A stretch of 64,000 bases of DNA from Macrostomum hystrix (Eukaryota > Animalia > Platyhelminthes): assembly GCA_950097015.1 (NCBI GenBank), contig CATNEN010000005.1:3224001-3288000 (forward strand), given 5' to 3'. Both the position numbers and the translations under genes were made by a program. Below are positions 46,779-59,582 of this stretch, in pieces (position 1 is the stretch's first letter; every line of letters begins with the position of its first letter). The notes beneath the pieces are model-generated. The model was not told where the DNA came from. It searched no databases and saw nothing but the letters and a program-made list of their open reading frames with translations.

Positions 46779-47936
46779 ATGCCGAAGTTGCTTCTGCTAG
46801 CTGCGATCTTGACGCTTCTAGTCGTGTTGATGAACACCAGAAATGTTGGCAGACATTCAAAGCCGGTTCTAAAGCATTTACCCAATCAAGCCTGCGGCGC
46901 CGTTCTTGTCCCAAAGTGGTCGCTGCCAAGCGCCGAAACAGTCAGGGCGCCACCGCCACCTCCGGTGAGCGGACTGCCGTGTCGAGAGCTGCCCGAGCGA
47001 TTCCCGGACTCCATTCCGCCGATCGTGCACTGGACCACCAAGGATGGCCGAGTGCACAAGCTTCTAGTCGACACTGTCAAATCGTGGCTCCTTCTGCGAA
47101 ACCAAACCGCTAGGAACTCAACACTGAAGTGGTACTTCATGCACTGGGATGACATTCAGATGAAGCAGCTGGTTGAGAAGCACTACCCATTGCTAAACAG
47201 GAGCTACTCAAAGCTGGCAAACGGTCTCGAGAGATCCGACATCGGACGGCTGGCCGTGCTGCACCACGTCGGCGGTGTGTACGTCGACCTGGACGTCGAG
47301 ATCAGACGGGATCTCACGCCGCTGCTGATTCCTGAGGACCAGCCCAGCGGCTCTACGGCTGCAAAAAATAAGTCAGCTGGCTGTCGATCAGCTCTGTGGA
47401 GTCAGGAGCCTCCGGAACACGCCGAGTTCATATTCAACAGACGTTGGATGATTTCGAATGCGGTCATGATGAGCAGAGCGAATCACAGTTTCCTGGAATA
47501 TGTGCTCAGCAGCTGGCCCGCCTGGTTCGAGGCCAACTGGGCGAACAAGTCCAGAACCCACAGCCAGGCTGTGTTTGTGACAGGTCCGATAATGCTGCAG
47601 ACATTCTACGAAAAGTACGTAGCGCTGAACAAGACCGATCGTCCTGACGACTGGTGCGACAGCATGGTGGCAGAGCCGGAACTGTTCCAGCCAATCATGG
47701 ATAACAATTTCATAGCATTTCATTTGGTTCGAGGTTGCGCAAATGTTGAGAAGCTGTCTGAGAATCGGCAGACTCAATGTCGAGATGCACTATGCGCGAA
47801 CTTCAAGAACAGAGAGGTTCCGAGCACAGCTTACACAATACACCACTTCATGCACCTCAGCTACACGAACAATATGAAGCTGGACGATTCCCAGTGCATC
47901 AGGCGACTCCTGCCTATTTTGAGTTGCAAAGTTTAG
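46779..47936 (+). CDS. GT32 glycosyltransferase, paralog 2
   Basis: Same motifs and near-identical catalytic core. Confidence 0.9.
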   Translation: MPKLLLLAAILTLLVVLMNTRNVGRHSKPVLKHLPNQACGAVLVPKWSLPSAETVRAPPPPPVSGLPCRELPERFPDSIPPIVHWTTKDGRVHKLLVDTVKSWLLLRNQTARNSTLKWYFMHWDDIQMKQLVEKHYPLLNRSYSKLANGLERSDIGRLAVLHHVGGVYVDLDVEIRRDLTPLLIPEDQPSGSTAAKNKSAGCRSALWSQEPPEHAEFIFNRRWMISNAVMMSRANHSFLEYVLSSWPAWFEANWANKSRTHSQAVFVTGPIMLQTFYEKYVALNKTDRPDDWCDSMVAEPELFQPIMDNNFIAFHLVRGCANVEKLSENRQTQCRDALCANFKNREVPSTAYTIHHFMHLSYTNNMKLDDSQCIRRLLPILSCKV

Positions 47937-50609
47937 GTTGTCCGATTATTTTGAATCTGCAGCCTATCATTGAGGTCTAGCTGATTCTAGACGATATGTA
48001 TATGCTAGGACTGCTATATATCTGTTACTTTAGTATAGTCCCTTTATGCGTAATACGGATATGTGATAATTTATAGTTACTTCTTTGCCTTTAATACTTT
48101 GCCTTTTTACTGCACAATAGTGCAGTGCGTCTAAAAAAGGAAGACGACCTTACTCAACGAGTGTTTAGCATTCTTCTACACCCCAAACTGGAGCTAGCCG
48201 CTCTGGCGTAGGACAGACTGGCCAAGCTTCAAGCCTACCACAATACTCATCAGCTTTTAGCCGCTGACAGCGCGAGACAGCCCCAACAACTCGTAAGAGC
48301 TGCGTGATTGTCACGCGAGTTTACCATATAAAAATTAGTTTATGCATGTGATAACAGTTTGCATTTCAGTTTTCTGCCCAAGCCAACCGAGCTTTTGAAG
48401 CTGCTGCACCGATTTTGAGCTCAGATTATTGTAGATGCACTGCTGTGATTTAAATTTAAATTCTAGCCGACATGGGGATACATGACGCAATTTTGTGAGA
48501 ATAGACTTATCGAGCAAAAGCTATATTCAGCGCAATGTGCGGCATGCTTCTGTTTGATAACATTGTAATAAGTGTGAAAATGGTCTTAGACACTGGAGCG
48601 TCGAGAGGTTTTGCACTATCAATATTTTCTACAATAGTACGAGCTAGCAGCGGCTGAACTGAAATGTTATTAGCAGTGAACTTGAGATCATTTAGGTGGA
48701 GATCGAATATGTTGCGCAGTTCCAAAACGGAATTCCCAAATAGAAAAATAACAATTAAGACAGATTGAATGCCAATTTAGGCTGATTTAATTAGAGTAGA
48801 ATAGTTATTTTGCTAAATTAATAATTTTAATTTTAATATTTGCGATAAGTTTAATAGTAGGCTGTAATTAATTTGATAAACCTCACAATTGATTAATTGC
48901 TACCCATTCACCGGAAGGTGCATTACTACAAAACGATTAAGTTTTATTGGTCTCCGTTTATTCGTAATTCGTTCCAACAAGCAAGGGCATACTCAAATGT
49001 GTACATTCGAACCTTTGGCCCAGCCCCTAACTTGTTGCGATAATTTTATGGCAAAGGGTTTTGTTTAAATTTCATGCACGATTTCGGAAACTACCGGACT
49101 GTATTTTCTGTCGCAGACACGTTTACTAATATTATATTGCTGCCCATCGTTTCCTGTGCCAGATTAATTAAAAATTACTTTAGGGGCAAACAAAATACAA
49201 ATACTTATGTTTGCATTCTAATCCTTCCCCAATCAGACAATAACAATCCTGCCCATAACGACTGAAATTTGAAAAGTGTCTATATTCAGAAAATATTTAT
49301 AACTGTATAAAAATGTAAATTAGTATATACTACCTAATCTAAAACCTTGAGTAATTGAAAATATATTTTCCTTTGCTTATTTCTTTTTGTTCGCCTTAAA
49401 ATAAATTGTAATTTGTTCACAAAAGCTGTAAAAATGTTTCTCGGCTTTACGATACCTTTACGACTGTTAAAATAAACAAATATAACTTGTGCAATATAAT
49501 GCTTTGAAATATCATTACTTTTGCGATATTATTTAAAATAAAAAACTAATTAATATAGATTAACTTTATTTTAGTGGCTCAAAACTTAACCGATAGCTTC
49601 ACATGAAGAATTCAACAAAGTTATGATATTACAATTTATTCGTTATGTAACTTATGTTATTAAAAAAGTTATTTATGTATGTTAATGTATAAACAAACAG
49701 CCTAATAAGCCTTTCGAAAATTTTATAGCAAATATTTTGGTTTCCGCGAGAACAAACAAATCTTTTTTTATTTATATTCAGTCCAAAAATTATTTGAATA
49801 AACTCGTGGACTAGATGTACACTTTGATTCTCTTAACATCACCCTATTTAAAACACATAAAAGGGTATTATAATTCTTTTTTTACTAGAGCAAAAGGGAA
49901 TTGAAATATATTCGCAAAGATCACTATGCTGCGGTGGCTATTGGCGAAGTTGAAAAGCCGCAGAGATTTTCTTAATCGGCTTAAACGTGCTCACGATGGC
50001 TCGAAAGGTATTTTAATTGATCTGTTTCTATGATATTAAAATATTCTATTTTGTAATTAGAGCTTTTGCTGCTGTCAACAAAAGAATAAAAAGTTTTTAA
50101 AAGCACCTTAAATTGCAGCCAATTTCGTTTCTAGTCATAAATGATTCTAGACTTTGAGTTGTCGATTTATTGTTATTATTAAGCTGCTTTTGTAAGATAT
50201 TTTTATATATTTAATTTAAATTTAAATTTTTTTTTTTAAATATTAAAAAATTATTTAAATATTTAATTTATTTTTTTATTTAAAAAATTTAGTAACAATT
50301 TTACCGAAAGAACAACTTAATAACCACCAATTGCTTTTAACTAATAAAAAACGAAGAAATATAACAACTACCTACATCTATAATTTCATCATGTCGATTC
50401 TTCTAATAACAAAGCAAAAAATGGGAACTTGTCGGACCTTTGCACTTTATGTAGAAAATAATTATAATGTCAGTAACTTTAGAGCGGCAATTACTTCTAG
50501 TCTTTTTTCACTCGATCGTGAATTCATGCTATGGTATCACATAACTATATTGCTGCACCAGGGACAAAGAAGTTTATCCTGACCCGCAGTTCGACAGACC
50601 AGCCAAATA

Positions 50610-51767
50610 GTGCTCAAACTGCTCCTGCTGACGGCAGTCTTTACGATGCTTCTCTTGCTGATGGACACTCATAGGCATTCAAGACAGTTCCCAGTGCGTC
50701 CTTTAAATGATACTTGGCCCGATGCTGGTTTTGTGACCTCGGCCGTACAGAACGCCGAGCCAGTCAGGGCGCCACCGCTACCTCCGGTGAGCGGACTGCC
50801 GTGCCGAGAGCTGCCCGAGCGATTCCCGGACTCCATTCCGCCGATCGTGCACTGGACCACCAAGGATGGCCGAGTGCACAAGCTTCTAGTCGACACTGTC
50901 AAATCGTGGCACCGTATGCACGACCGAAACGACACGAACTCAACACTGAAGTGGTACTTCATGCACTGGGATGACATGCAAATCAAGCAGCTGGTTGAGA
51001 AGCACTACCCAGTGCTGAGCAAGAGCTACTCAAAGCTGGCAAACGGTCTCGAGAGATCCGACATCGGACGGCTGGCCGTGCTGCACCACGTCGGCGGTGT
51101 GTACGTCGACCTGGACGTCGAGCTCAGACGGGATCTCACGCCGCTGCTGATTCCTGAGGACCAGCAGCCAAGCGATGACGAAGCCTCAGCCAAGTCCAGG
51201 AAGTCAGCTGGCTGTCGATCAGCTCTGTGGAGTCAGGAGCCTCCGGAACACGCCGAGTTCATATTCAACAGACGTTGGATGATTTCGAATGCGGTCATGA
51301 TGAGCAGAGCGAATCACAGCTTCCTGGAATATGTGCTCAGCAGCTGGCCCGCCTGGTTCGAGGCCAACTGGGCGAACAAACCTAGATCTCACAACCAGGC
51401 TGTGTTTGTGACAGGTCCGATAATGCTGCAGACATTCTACGACAAGTACGCAGCGCTGAACAAGACCGATCGTCCTGACGACTGGTGCGACAGTATGGTG
51501 GCACAACCGGAACTGTTTCAACCCCTCATGGATAACTATTTTATAAAAGTCAATTTTTTTTCAGGCTGTGCAAACATTAACAAGCTTTCTGAACCTCGGC
51601 TTTCATATTGTCGTCGAGCAAGGGGCGTGAAATTCAAGAACAGAGAGGTTCCGAGCACAGCTTACACAATACACCACTTCATGCACCTCAGCTACACGAA
51701 CAATATGAAGCTGGACGATTCCCAGTGCATCAGGCGACTCCTGCCTATTCTCAAATGTAAAATTTAG
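50610..51767 (+). CDS. GT32 glycosyltransferase, paralog 3 (GTG at the usual start position)
   Basis: Same motifs. There is an in-frame TGA at 50580 and no ATG before the signal anchor. Confidence 0.85.
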   Translation: MLKLLLLTAVFTMLLLLMDTHRHSRQFPVRPLNDTWPDAGFVTSAVQNAEPVRAPPLPPVSGLPCRELPERFPDSIPPIVHWTTKDGRVHKLLVDTVKSWHRMHDRNDTNSTLKWYFMHWDDMQIKQLVEKHYPVLSKSYSKLANGLERSDIGRLAVLHHVGGVYVDLDVELRRDLTPLLIPEDQQPSDDEASAKSRKSAGCRSALWSQEPPEHAEFIFNRRWMISNAVMMSRANHSFLEYVLSSWPAWFEANWANKPRSHNQAVFVTGPIMLQTFYDKYAALNKTDRPDDWCDSMVAQPELFQPLMDNYFIKVNFFSGCANINKLSEPRLSYCRRARGVKFKNREVPSTAYTIHHFMHLSYTNNMKLDDSQCIRRLLPILKCKI

Positions 51768-54227
51768 GTAGCAAGGACTACGAAACATCACCTAACCAAC
51801 ACTATAGTTGCTGTTAGGTAGTTGGAACATCGTGAAATTCTGTTTTTACGAGTTGTACTTTTTAATTTTCTGTTGCTGTTTAACTTTTTTAGATTTGAAT
51901 AATTAAGAGCTAGAATTGCAAATATATTTTTTGCAGCCAAATAGCATTCAGTCTATGATTATAGCTCTTAATTGGGTTCGAGTCTTAACCGGTTGCGACT
52001 CTTTGTGAAAAGACAATTGATACTTGACTGCTTGACAATGACACTTGAAAAAGACAAATCTACATTTAGCCTGTAGTCAAATAGCGTTGGAATCTGCGTT
52101 TGTGTGGCGTCCCCCAGTTTTAGGTTTTAGGTTTGAATCGCATTTCTATCTAATACGGGGTTGCGACTCATCAAAATGTTCCTGTTGCAAATTCTTTAAG
52201 ATTGTTTACGAAAAGTTGTTCCTTTTGTCACTCTCCACAATTCAAAGACTATATATCTATATGTGCCCTTAGCAGTGTCGTACAATATTTTTTACGAATC
52301 ATTGTTTCTTTTCGAATCTCCGAACAGTAGACGAAGTCCGATTTGATGCTCACTTTTTATCATATTTTTAGTTAGAATTTTTATTCCATTGATTTATCGT
52401 ACGTGATTTTTACGCACAATTTTGTGCCAGTTTAAATTTATATTTACCTATTTGGACAGCTGAATGCGTATTAGACAATCAATATTACTTTTTGCTTGCC
52501 ACTTTGGCTTTCTTGCGAGAAATTTGAACAGTGTCGAAACCGGCGAAATGATTTTCTGAGGTTCAAAGGGTCAGAGGCGTAACCAGACACTCTGTGCCAT
52601 AGACATATTTTATTTTGTTGCCGAATTAAGTAGGCAAATATAAAAACAAATGAAACTACTCGCAAGAAAGCCAAATAAGTAAGCAAAATTGGAAGTTTTT
52701 GTGTACTGTATTGTTGAAATCTTCTGGGTCTGAGTAAATTACGACTTTTTATCCCACTATATGCATTGTGTGTAGTCATGTTTATGAACTCTGCGCAAGC
52801 AAGAATATGTATTTATTAGCTGCTACTTTAAACGAGTGCATCTTTATTTGCCTTCGTTCCGAGGTAGCCATCATATATACAGGCATATCCTGCAATGCAT
52901 GGAAATAAAGCTCATAAAGTTATTGTAACGTAATTTTTTTATTGCCATGCTGCGTTGTTGAACTTGAAATACACAGGCCTTAAAACTGCATGGATCGTCG
53001 ATTCATCACGCATTACAAGAGCTTGAGATATCGGTTCTTCTCAGGTTCAGGGAAATTTTCACTGACCACAATGCTAACCATTAACGACTAGGCTAAAATT
53101 TGAGTCGCACCAGTTGACGACGATTCTCGTCAATGCGTGGGTGGGGCTGACGGCTGTTTGGGAACTGCATGCATGTCCAACATTTGCGCGTAGAATAACT
53201 AATGTACAGGTTGCGACTTTAGCGGCCAGCCTAGCTCAACTGAGCAGTTAAATATAATCAATAGCATTGAAATCTACAGGCACTATCAACTACAGTCGCC
53301 TTTCAAATTTCCCACAGACGGCACGAAACAATTTCGTCCCATGAATCAAATGCGATTGTTGAGGCTCAAGCCACCGTTTAAGAGACGAGGATTCACGGCT
53401 CCTAGTTTGTTGAAATACCATCAAAGTGAAATGTTTTGGCCATAGACTAATCTAATCAAGTTCGTCCATAGAGTTATCTGTTAAACCGCGACCAACTCAG
53501 GAGATAAAATTTAAATCATAGCCTGTCCACCTATACCATGTCTAAATGAAACAAAAAGTTGCGCGAACTGTGATTCAGAGGCTAGTTGATTAAATGCTGA
53601 TGACGATCAGTTTCAGATATGATCGATGACAACATTTTCTCCAGTGATGAAGAATAACATCAAGGCGAACCTTGGAAATAGGAACCTCGTTCAATAATGT
53701 GCTTAAACAGCACCACTGGCCCGGGTTGCAGCAACCAGAAGTGAGCCTTTCAAATGAGAGCACTTTTATCAAGCTCTGCTAAAGACGGAGGATGTGGCTT
53801 CACAGCATAAAAATAGGAAGAACTTGAAGTTATGGAAGACAATCAAGAAAATTTTAGATTTAGACTGTTAATTAAAGAGGTGAGACAAGTTATCGGGAAA
53901 ATGCTTCTGAAGAGTCTGGATATAAAGTCAGAAATATCCAGCTACTGGTTAAAAGACCCAGCCTGTTATTGTGCGCTCGAGCCTTGCTACCAATCTGGAG
54001 CGAGATTTAAGCAGACTTTGTCTTGCTCTGCGTTTCAATGATCGCGTGGACACTCAGGGTCTTCACTGTGCTACCGGTCCTGAAGACCTGCAGCCCTGAG
54101 TAAGTTACTCATTACTCATGAGTAGTTGCTAACTTGATTCATACGGCCTTTTGTCATCGTATTTTGTGATAGCATTGTTCTGCAGCCTATGCTTATCGTG
54201 TGAGCTATTTTTAGATTGCAGGACAGA

Positions 54228-54766
54228 TGTTGACCCGGCCCGGGCCAACGCCACCACCCGGATTCTACCTGCCTGAACTGAGGGCCGGTCGACCAATCAA
54301 AGAGCAACCCGGCAAAGTGCCACGGCAAGAGCGCATCCTGGGGGCTAAGGTTTCTCGCGCGTGTCCAGCCGGGCCCGTCTAATCGTGGGTTGAGCTAGGT
54401 ATATACGCTTCACTTTTGCTCTCAGTTTCACCTCTCTTCCCCGTCCGTCCGCTTCCGCTCTGACAGTTCCGATCTGGTCAGCCACGCACAGTCGCGCCAT
54501 CGTGTGAGTCTTTCACCTGGGTCCCCAGAGAGAGCTGGATTCAATGCAGCTAAAGCATGCGGCCCCCGCCCCCGCCTTGCTCCCCTGCCCGATCGCAGTA
54601 GTCTCCGTGTCGAAACGTTTCTCGGCGCTGGCCGTATTGAGGAGCTTGAGCTAGATAGTTGCTTGTGGTTCTGCTCAGTTTAGCACAGCAGAGATATCCG
54701 ATTTCTCTACTTACTACTTACTCACAGTAGATATCCTATCGGATTTGTCTGGGCTTCGGTGGAACA
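54228..54766 (+). mobile_element. Probable solo LTR
   Basis: TGTT...AACA termini, flanks ACAGA and GCAGA (4/5-matching TSD), TATATA at 54400, and GC-rich content against an AT-rich background. Confidence 0.5.
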
Positions 54767-55238
54767 GCAGACCTCAATCGTCGGATTCGTCGTCCATTGC
54801 AGAGTAGGTGCTGGGTTAGGCAAGTTAAGAATATCGAAATAGTTACCTCTCTTTTATATTAGCTAGTGTCATACATTTTTGCAAGCTATTAGAAATCCTT
54901 TACTCGTTCGCGAGCCAAAATGTATCAAGTTTGTCAAATTATACGGCTCGTAATTATCAAACGAGAGCAGACGCAAATCCAGGTGTTTAAGTCGCGACGA
55001 GAGGACGAGAGCGAGTCATATCAAACCAGTATAAACTTATTTGTTAAATGTTCCATATTTTCATGCTTGCAATTTATATCATACAAGTTTTGAAAAACTA
55101 GGATCATCGGGCCAGCTCACATCATCACTTCTACCAACATTTTATTTCAGTCGGTGCTACAATTGAAACTATTAGTATAGGATACCCACCCCTAGCTAAA
55201 CCTCACCGTATGTACCCGCAGTTTGATCCTGAAACCAA

Positions 55239-56414
55239 ATGGAAACTGCTCCTGCCATGCTAAAACTGCTCCTGGTGACGGCCGTCTTTACGCTGCTTCT
55301 CTTGCTGATGGACACAGCTTGGAGTTCAAAACGGTTTCCAGAGCGCTCAATGGGTGGAGATACGCTCGATGCTGCTGCGTTCAAGATGACGTCAAAATCG
55401 ACCGCCCAGCCAGTCAGGGCGCCTCCGCCACCTCCGGTGAGCGGACTGCCGTGTCGAGAGCTGCCCGAGCGATTCCCGGACTCCATTCCGCCGATCGTGC
55501 ACTGGACCACCAAGGATGGCCGAGTGCACAAGCTTCTAGTCGACACTGTCAAATCGTGGCTTCTTCTGCGAAACCAAACCGCCAGGAACTCAACACTGAA
55601 GTGGTACTTCATGCACTGGGATGACATTCAGATGAAGCAGCTAGTCGCGAAGCACTACCCAGTGCTGAGCAAGAGCTACTCAAAGCTGGCAAACGGTCTC
55701 GAGAGATCCGACATCGGACGGCTGGCCGTGCTTCACCGCGTGGGCGGTGTGTACGTCGACCTGGACGTCGAGCTGAGACGGGATCTCACGCCGTTCCTCA
55801 TGCCTGAGGATCAACCAAGCGACGACGAAGCCTCAGCCAAGTCCAGGAAGTCAGCTGGCTGTCGATCAGCTCTGTGGAGTCAGGAGCCTCCGGAACACGC
55901 CGAGTTCATATTCAACAGACGTTGGATGATTTCGAATGCGGTCATGATGAGCAGAGCGAATCACAGCTTCCTGGAATATGTGCTCAGCAGCTGGCCCGCC
56001 TGGTTCGAGGCCAACTGGGCGAACAAGTCCAGAACCCACAGCCAGGCTGTGTTTGTGACAGGTCCGATAATGCTGCAGACATTCTACGACAAGTACGCAG
56101 CGCTGAACAAGACCGATCGTCCTGACGACTGGTGCGACAGCATGGTGGCAGAGCCGGAACTGTTCCAGCCAATCATGGATAACAATTTCATAGCATTTCA
56201 TTTGGTTCGAGGTTGCGTAAATATTGAGAAGCTGTCTGAGAATCGGCAGGCTCAATGTCGAGATGCACTATGCGCGAACTTCAAGAACAGAGAGGTTCCG
56301 AGCACAGCTTACACAATACACCACTTCATGCACCTCAGCTACACGAACAATATGAAGCTGGACGATTCCCAGTGCATCAGGCGAATCCTGCCTATTCTGA
56401 GTTGCAAGACTTAG
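55239..56414 (+). CDS. GT32 glycosyltransferase, paralog 4
   Basis: Same motifs. A short duplication of aaactgctcctg at the 5' end yields METAPAMLKLL. Confidence 0.9.
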   Translation: METAPAMLKLLLVTAVFTLLLLLMDTAWSSKRFPERSMGGDTLDAAAFKMTSKSTAQPVRAPPPPPVSGLPCRELPERFPDSIPPIVHWTTKDGRVHKLLVDTVKSWLLLRNQTARNSTLKWYFMHWDDIQMKQLVAKHYPVLSKSYSKLANGLERSDIGRLAVLHRVGGVYVDLDVELRRDLTPFLMPEDQPSDDEASAKSRKSAGCRSALWSQEPPEHAEFIFNRRWMISNAVMMSRANHSFLEYVLSSWPAWFEANWANKSRTHSQAVFVTGPIMLQTFYDKYAALNKTDRPDDWCDSMVAEPELFQPIMDNNFIAFHLVRGCVNIEKLSENRQAQCRDALCANFKNREVPSTAYTIHHFMHLSYTNNMKLDDSQCIRRILPILSCKT

Positions 56415-57084
56415 GTAGGTAGATTAGGATTTATTAAATTGTGCAGCTTGGCTTTCTTAGGCTTTATTCGGCTTGTCACTTTCTCAGCAGGCCCGGCCGT
56501 GCTTGAGCTACAAGCTCTCTTAGCCCAGCAATGTCTCACTGATTGATTTTTGATTGAATCCTGGAAAAATTACTCGAATCTGCTTGGTGCAAAGTTGCTT
56601 TTATCCAAAATCTCGAAAATTTAGGAATAATTCGCGGTTGTTTACTATATTAAAATGTCTTCATCTTACGCCATAAAATGTTGTAATTAATTTAACTCGA
56701 CCTTGTATTCCATGCATTTCTAATTGGTAAATTAAGAGAGCACAAATAATGTATTATTGATTTTTTTCTACGCATGCACTATTGATTCTTGCCATGCGGA
56801 ATGAAATTACGTTTCTGTAGCTCCAATTACACGTGAAATGAAAAAAGCACTGCACAGAATGCAGTATTTCTGAGAACATTAGAACTTAAATAAATAATTA
56901 AAACTGCACACCTGTCTGTCTGTATTGTATAACTGTTCTCTGCTGGTTCCTTACTTTATTGTTTACCAAATAAAGAAGCTTTTGTCAGCACAACGGCTAA
57001 ATTAGATTTTTTATTTTAAGTCGAAGATACAGATTAGATACGAGCAGAACTCCTCCTTTGGATGTTGAGGGGGAGAACTCCAAT

Positions 57085-57800
57085 CGCCTGATCTCTCCTA
57101 TCGCCTCATCTCCCATCTCGTGATCTCCAATCGCCTCATCTACCATCGCCTCATCTCCCATCGCCTCATCTCCCATCGCCTCATCTCCCATCGCCTCATC
57201 TCCCATCGCCTCATATCCCATCGCCTCATCTCCAATCGCCTGATCTCCCATCGCCTGATCTCCTTTCGCCTCATCTCCTTTCGCCTCATCTCCCATCGCC
57301 TGATCTCCCATCGCCTCATCTTCCAACGCCTGATCTCCAATCGCCTGATCTCCCATCGCCTGATCTCCCATCGCCTGATCTCCCATCGCCTGATCTCCCA
57401 TCGCCTGATCTCCAATTGCCTGATCTCCAATTGCCTGATCTCCAATTGCCTGATCTCCAATTGCCTGATCTCCCATCGCCTCATCTCCCATCGCCTCATC
57501 TCCCATCGCCTCATCTCCCATCGCCTCATCTCCCGTCGCCTCATCTCTCATCGCCTAATCTCCCATCGCCTGATCTCCCGTCGCCTCATCTCTCATCGCC
57601 TAATCTCCCATCGCCTGATCTCCCGTCGCCTCATCTCTCATCGCCTAATCTCCCATCGCCTCATCTCCCGTCGCCTTATCTCTCATCGCCTAATCTCCCA
57701 TCGCCTGATCTCCCATCGCCTGATCTCCAATCGCCTCATCTCCCATCGCCTCATCTCCCGTCGCCTCATCTCCCGTCGCCTCATCTCCCGTCACCTGATC
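57085..57800 (+). repeat. 15-bp minisatellite (ctcatctcccatcgc)
   Basis: About 47 units. Confidence 0.95.
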
Positions 57801-59582
57801 TAATTTAAGCATAAATCGTCAATGAAGTGAATCGTAAAACTGCATAAAGTACATATTTAAAAGGTCCACTGAGCACAAAAAGCCTGTGTTTATTTATCCC
57901 AGCTAGGTGACGTCTCAGTTTGATGAAATTGACCCGCCGCTTTTTAACGCAGAGTCCTGGTTAAGGTAGGTCAAGTAGAATGAAAAAAATAGCGAGCTAT
58001 CGACGTCCATTGATATTATTGCTGTTTTATGTAACACTTATTTTGATTGCAAAAGCCAGCATGCATGTGTTACATTTTGTACACGTACAATGTACAAAAA
58101 AACAATTCTAATTTACATATTAGTTAATATTTTAATTTAAAAGGTTCCGTAAAAAGTTTCGATATAGCATTTAAAATAGGCTTTATTGTTTTTTGCGAAG
58201 AAAATAGTTACTAATAACCTAAAATGTAAAGTTTTAATGCTGAAATTCTAGCCGTGAATAAAATAAATAGCCGTGAAAAGTCAATTCCACTAGAAAATTT
58301 TATGAATGTAAGTAAGATTTTTCTTTTGTTTTTTTTTCGAAATCTATTGCTTTTATTTAATGGTGCAGTAAGTAAAAACATTATGTAAGGCATGATTACG
58401 CTTGAAGTGAGGCAAAAGTTATTAGTCTAAACAACATTTCAGATTTACCACGAAAAGTCTAGAAAGCAAGCCGGAAACTGCCAGATTAATTATACGCAGT
58501 TTTTAGTTTAAAACAACTTTTTTTTATTTGTAAATAAAGATGCTAAAACCTCATCTTTTAGGTTTCTGTCTTTCTTGTATTTTATGTACTTCGTTTTAAA
58601 TATAGCAGTTGAAAAACAGAAAGCAGTGCTTAAAATAAAGAGTCATTGTGTTTCAAGAAAAGAATTATTTGACATTTTGTTTGACAACCGTTAAAAATAA
58701 CGTTTTTTCCGCTGGCTCGTATGCTACGAAGCTGATTCCAATGGTTTACGTTTTTTTCTTAATTGCATTGTTTGCAATAATATGAAATTCTGAACAAGCG
58801 GCTCCTATATCTGCAAGGCTCCATTCTATCGACCGATTGTCAAAACATTTTGAAAGTCCTAGCATCAATATTTACGTTATATTAGCAAACTAAGCAAAGT
58901 AATAGAAATTAATCATTTCCACGATGTTTAACTTTTTGCATGAGTTACCGCGCCTGAAAATCTGTGTGCATGGATTGTCTAAAAGTATGAAGTTTGGGAT
59001 ATTGTTTTCTTTTATATACCATCTTGTTTCAATTTCCGAGTATGATTCGAGTATCCGAGATTGCACAGAAAATGATTTTATCACGCTCACAAAGAGAAGT
59101 AAAACTTCTCTTTCATAAATTCACGTCATATATTCTTGTGAATAAATTTTAAACAGTAAAAGCCAAGAAATTGTTTAAATTTATGAATTGTTAATATGAG
59201 TAAAATTTGTACATGCTTAACATAGGCACACAAATTCTAAAGTTGTTTATTTTTAATATATATTTTTCACTAAATCATTTGTAGCGATTTCAGTCGGCAA
59301 CATCAAAGTGGTAACCAAGGTATGAAATCTTAAGTATAATGGAGGCGATAGAGCCTACATTTCATATTTCACATTTTATGTAATCCTATGTTGTTTCATA
59401 AAAAATATTTTAAATTTTACTGAATACTAACTATATGATCCTTGTTTGCCAAAAATGTATTTGAAATTAACAGAACTAACAAACTAACATTTTACACAGG
59501 TAAATCACAATAACTTCCTGGTGTTTTTTATTACTATTTTTATATTGTCTTACTCGTGCCATTTCTACAATTTTGTGCGGCA

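Noticed and set aside
48170-48290. CTGATGAG on the minus strand as a possible hammerhead ribozyme
   Set aside because: No stem II followed by GAAA and no matching stem I or III.
46425-53330. tRNA-like A- or B-box fragments near 46430, 51975 and 53225
   Set aside because: Only one box is recognisable in each and no cloverleaf can be drawn; at most very old SINE debris.
53590-54050. Acidic, transposase-N-terminus-like reading in the spacer between GT32 copies 3 and 4
   Set aside because: Riddled with stops, and no catalytic motif or TIR/TSD was found.
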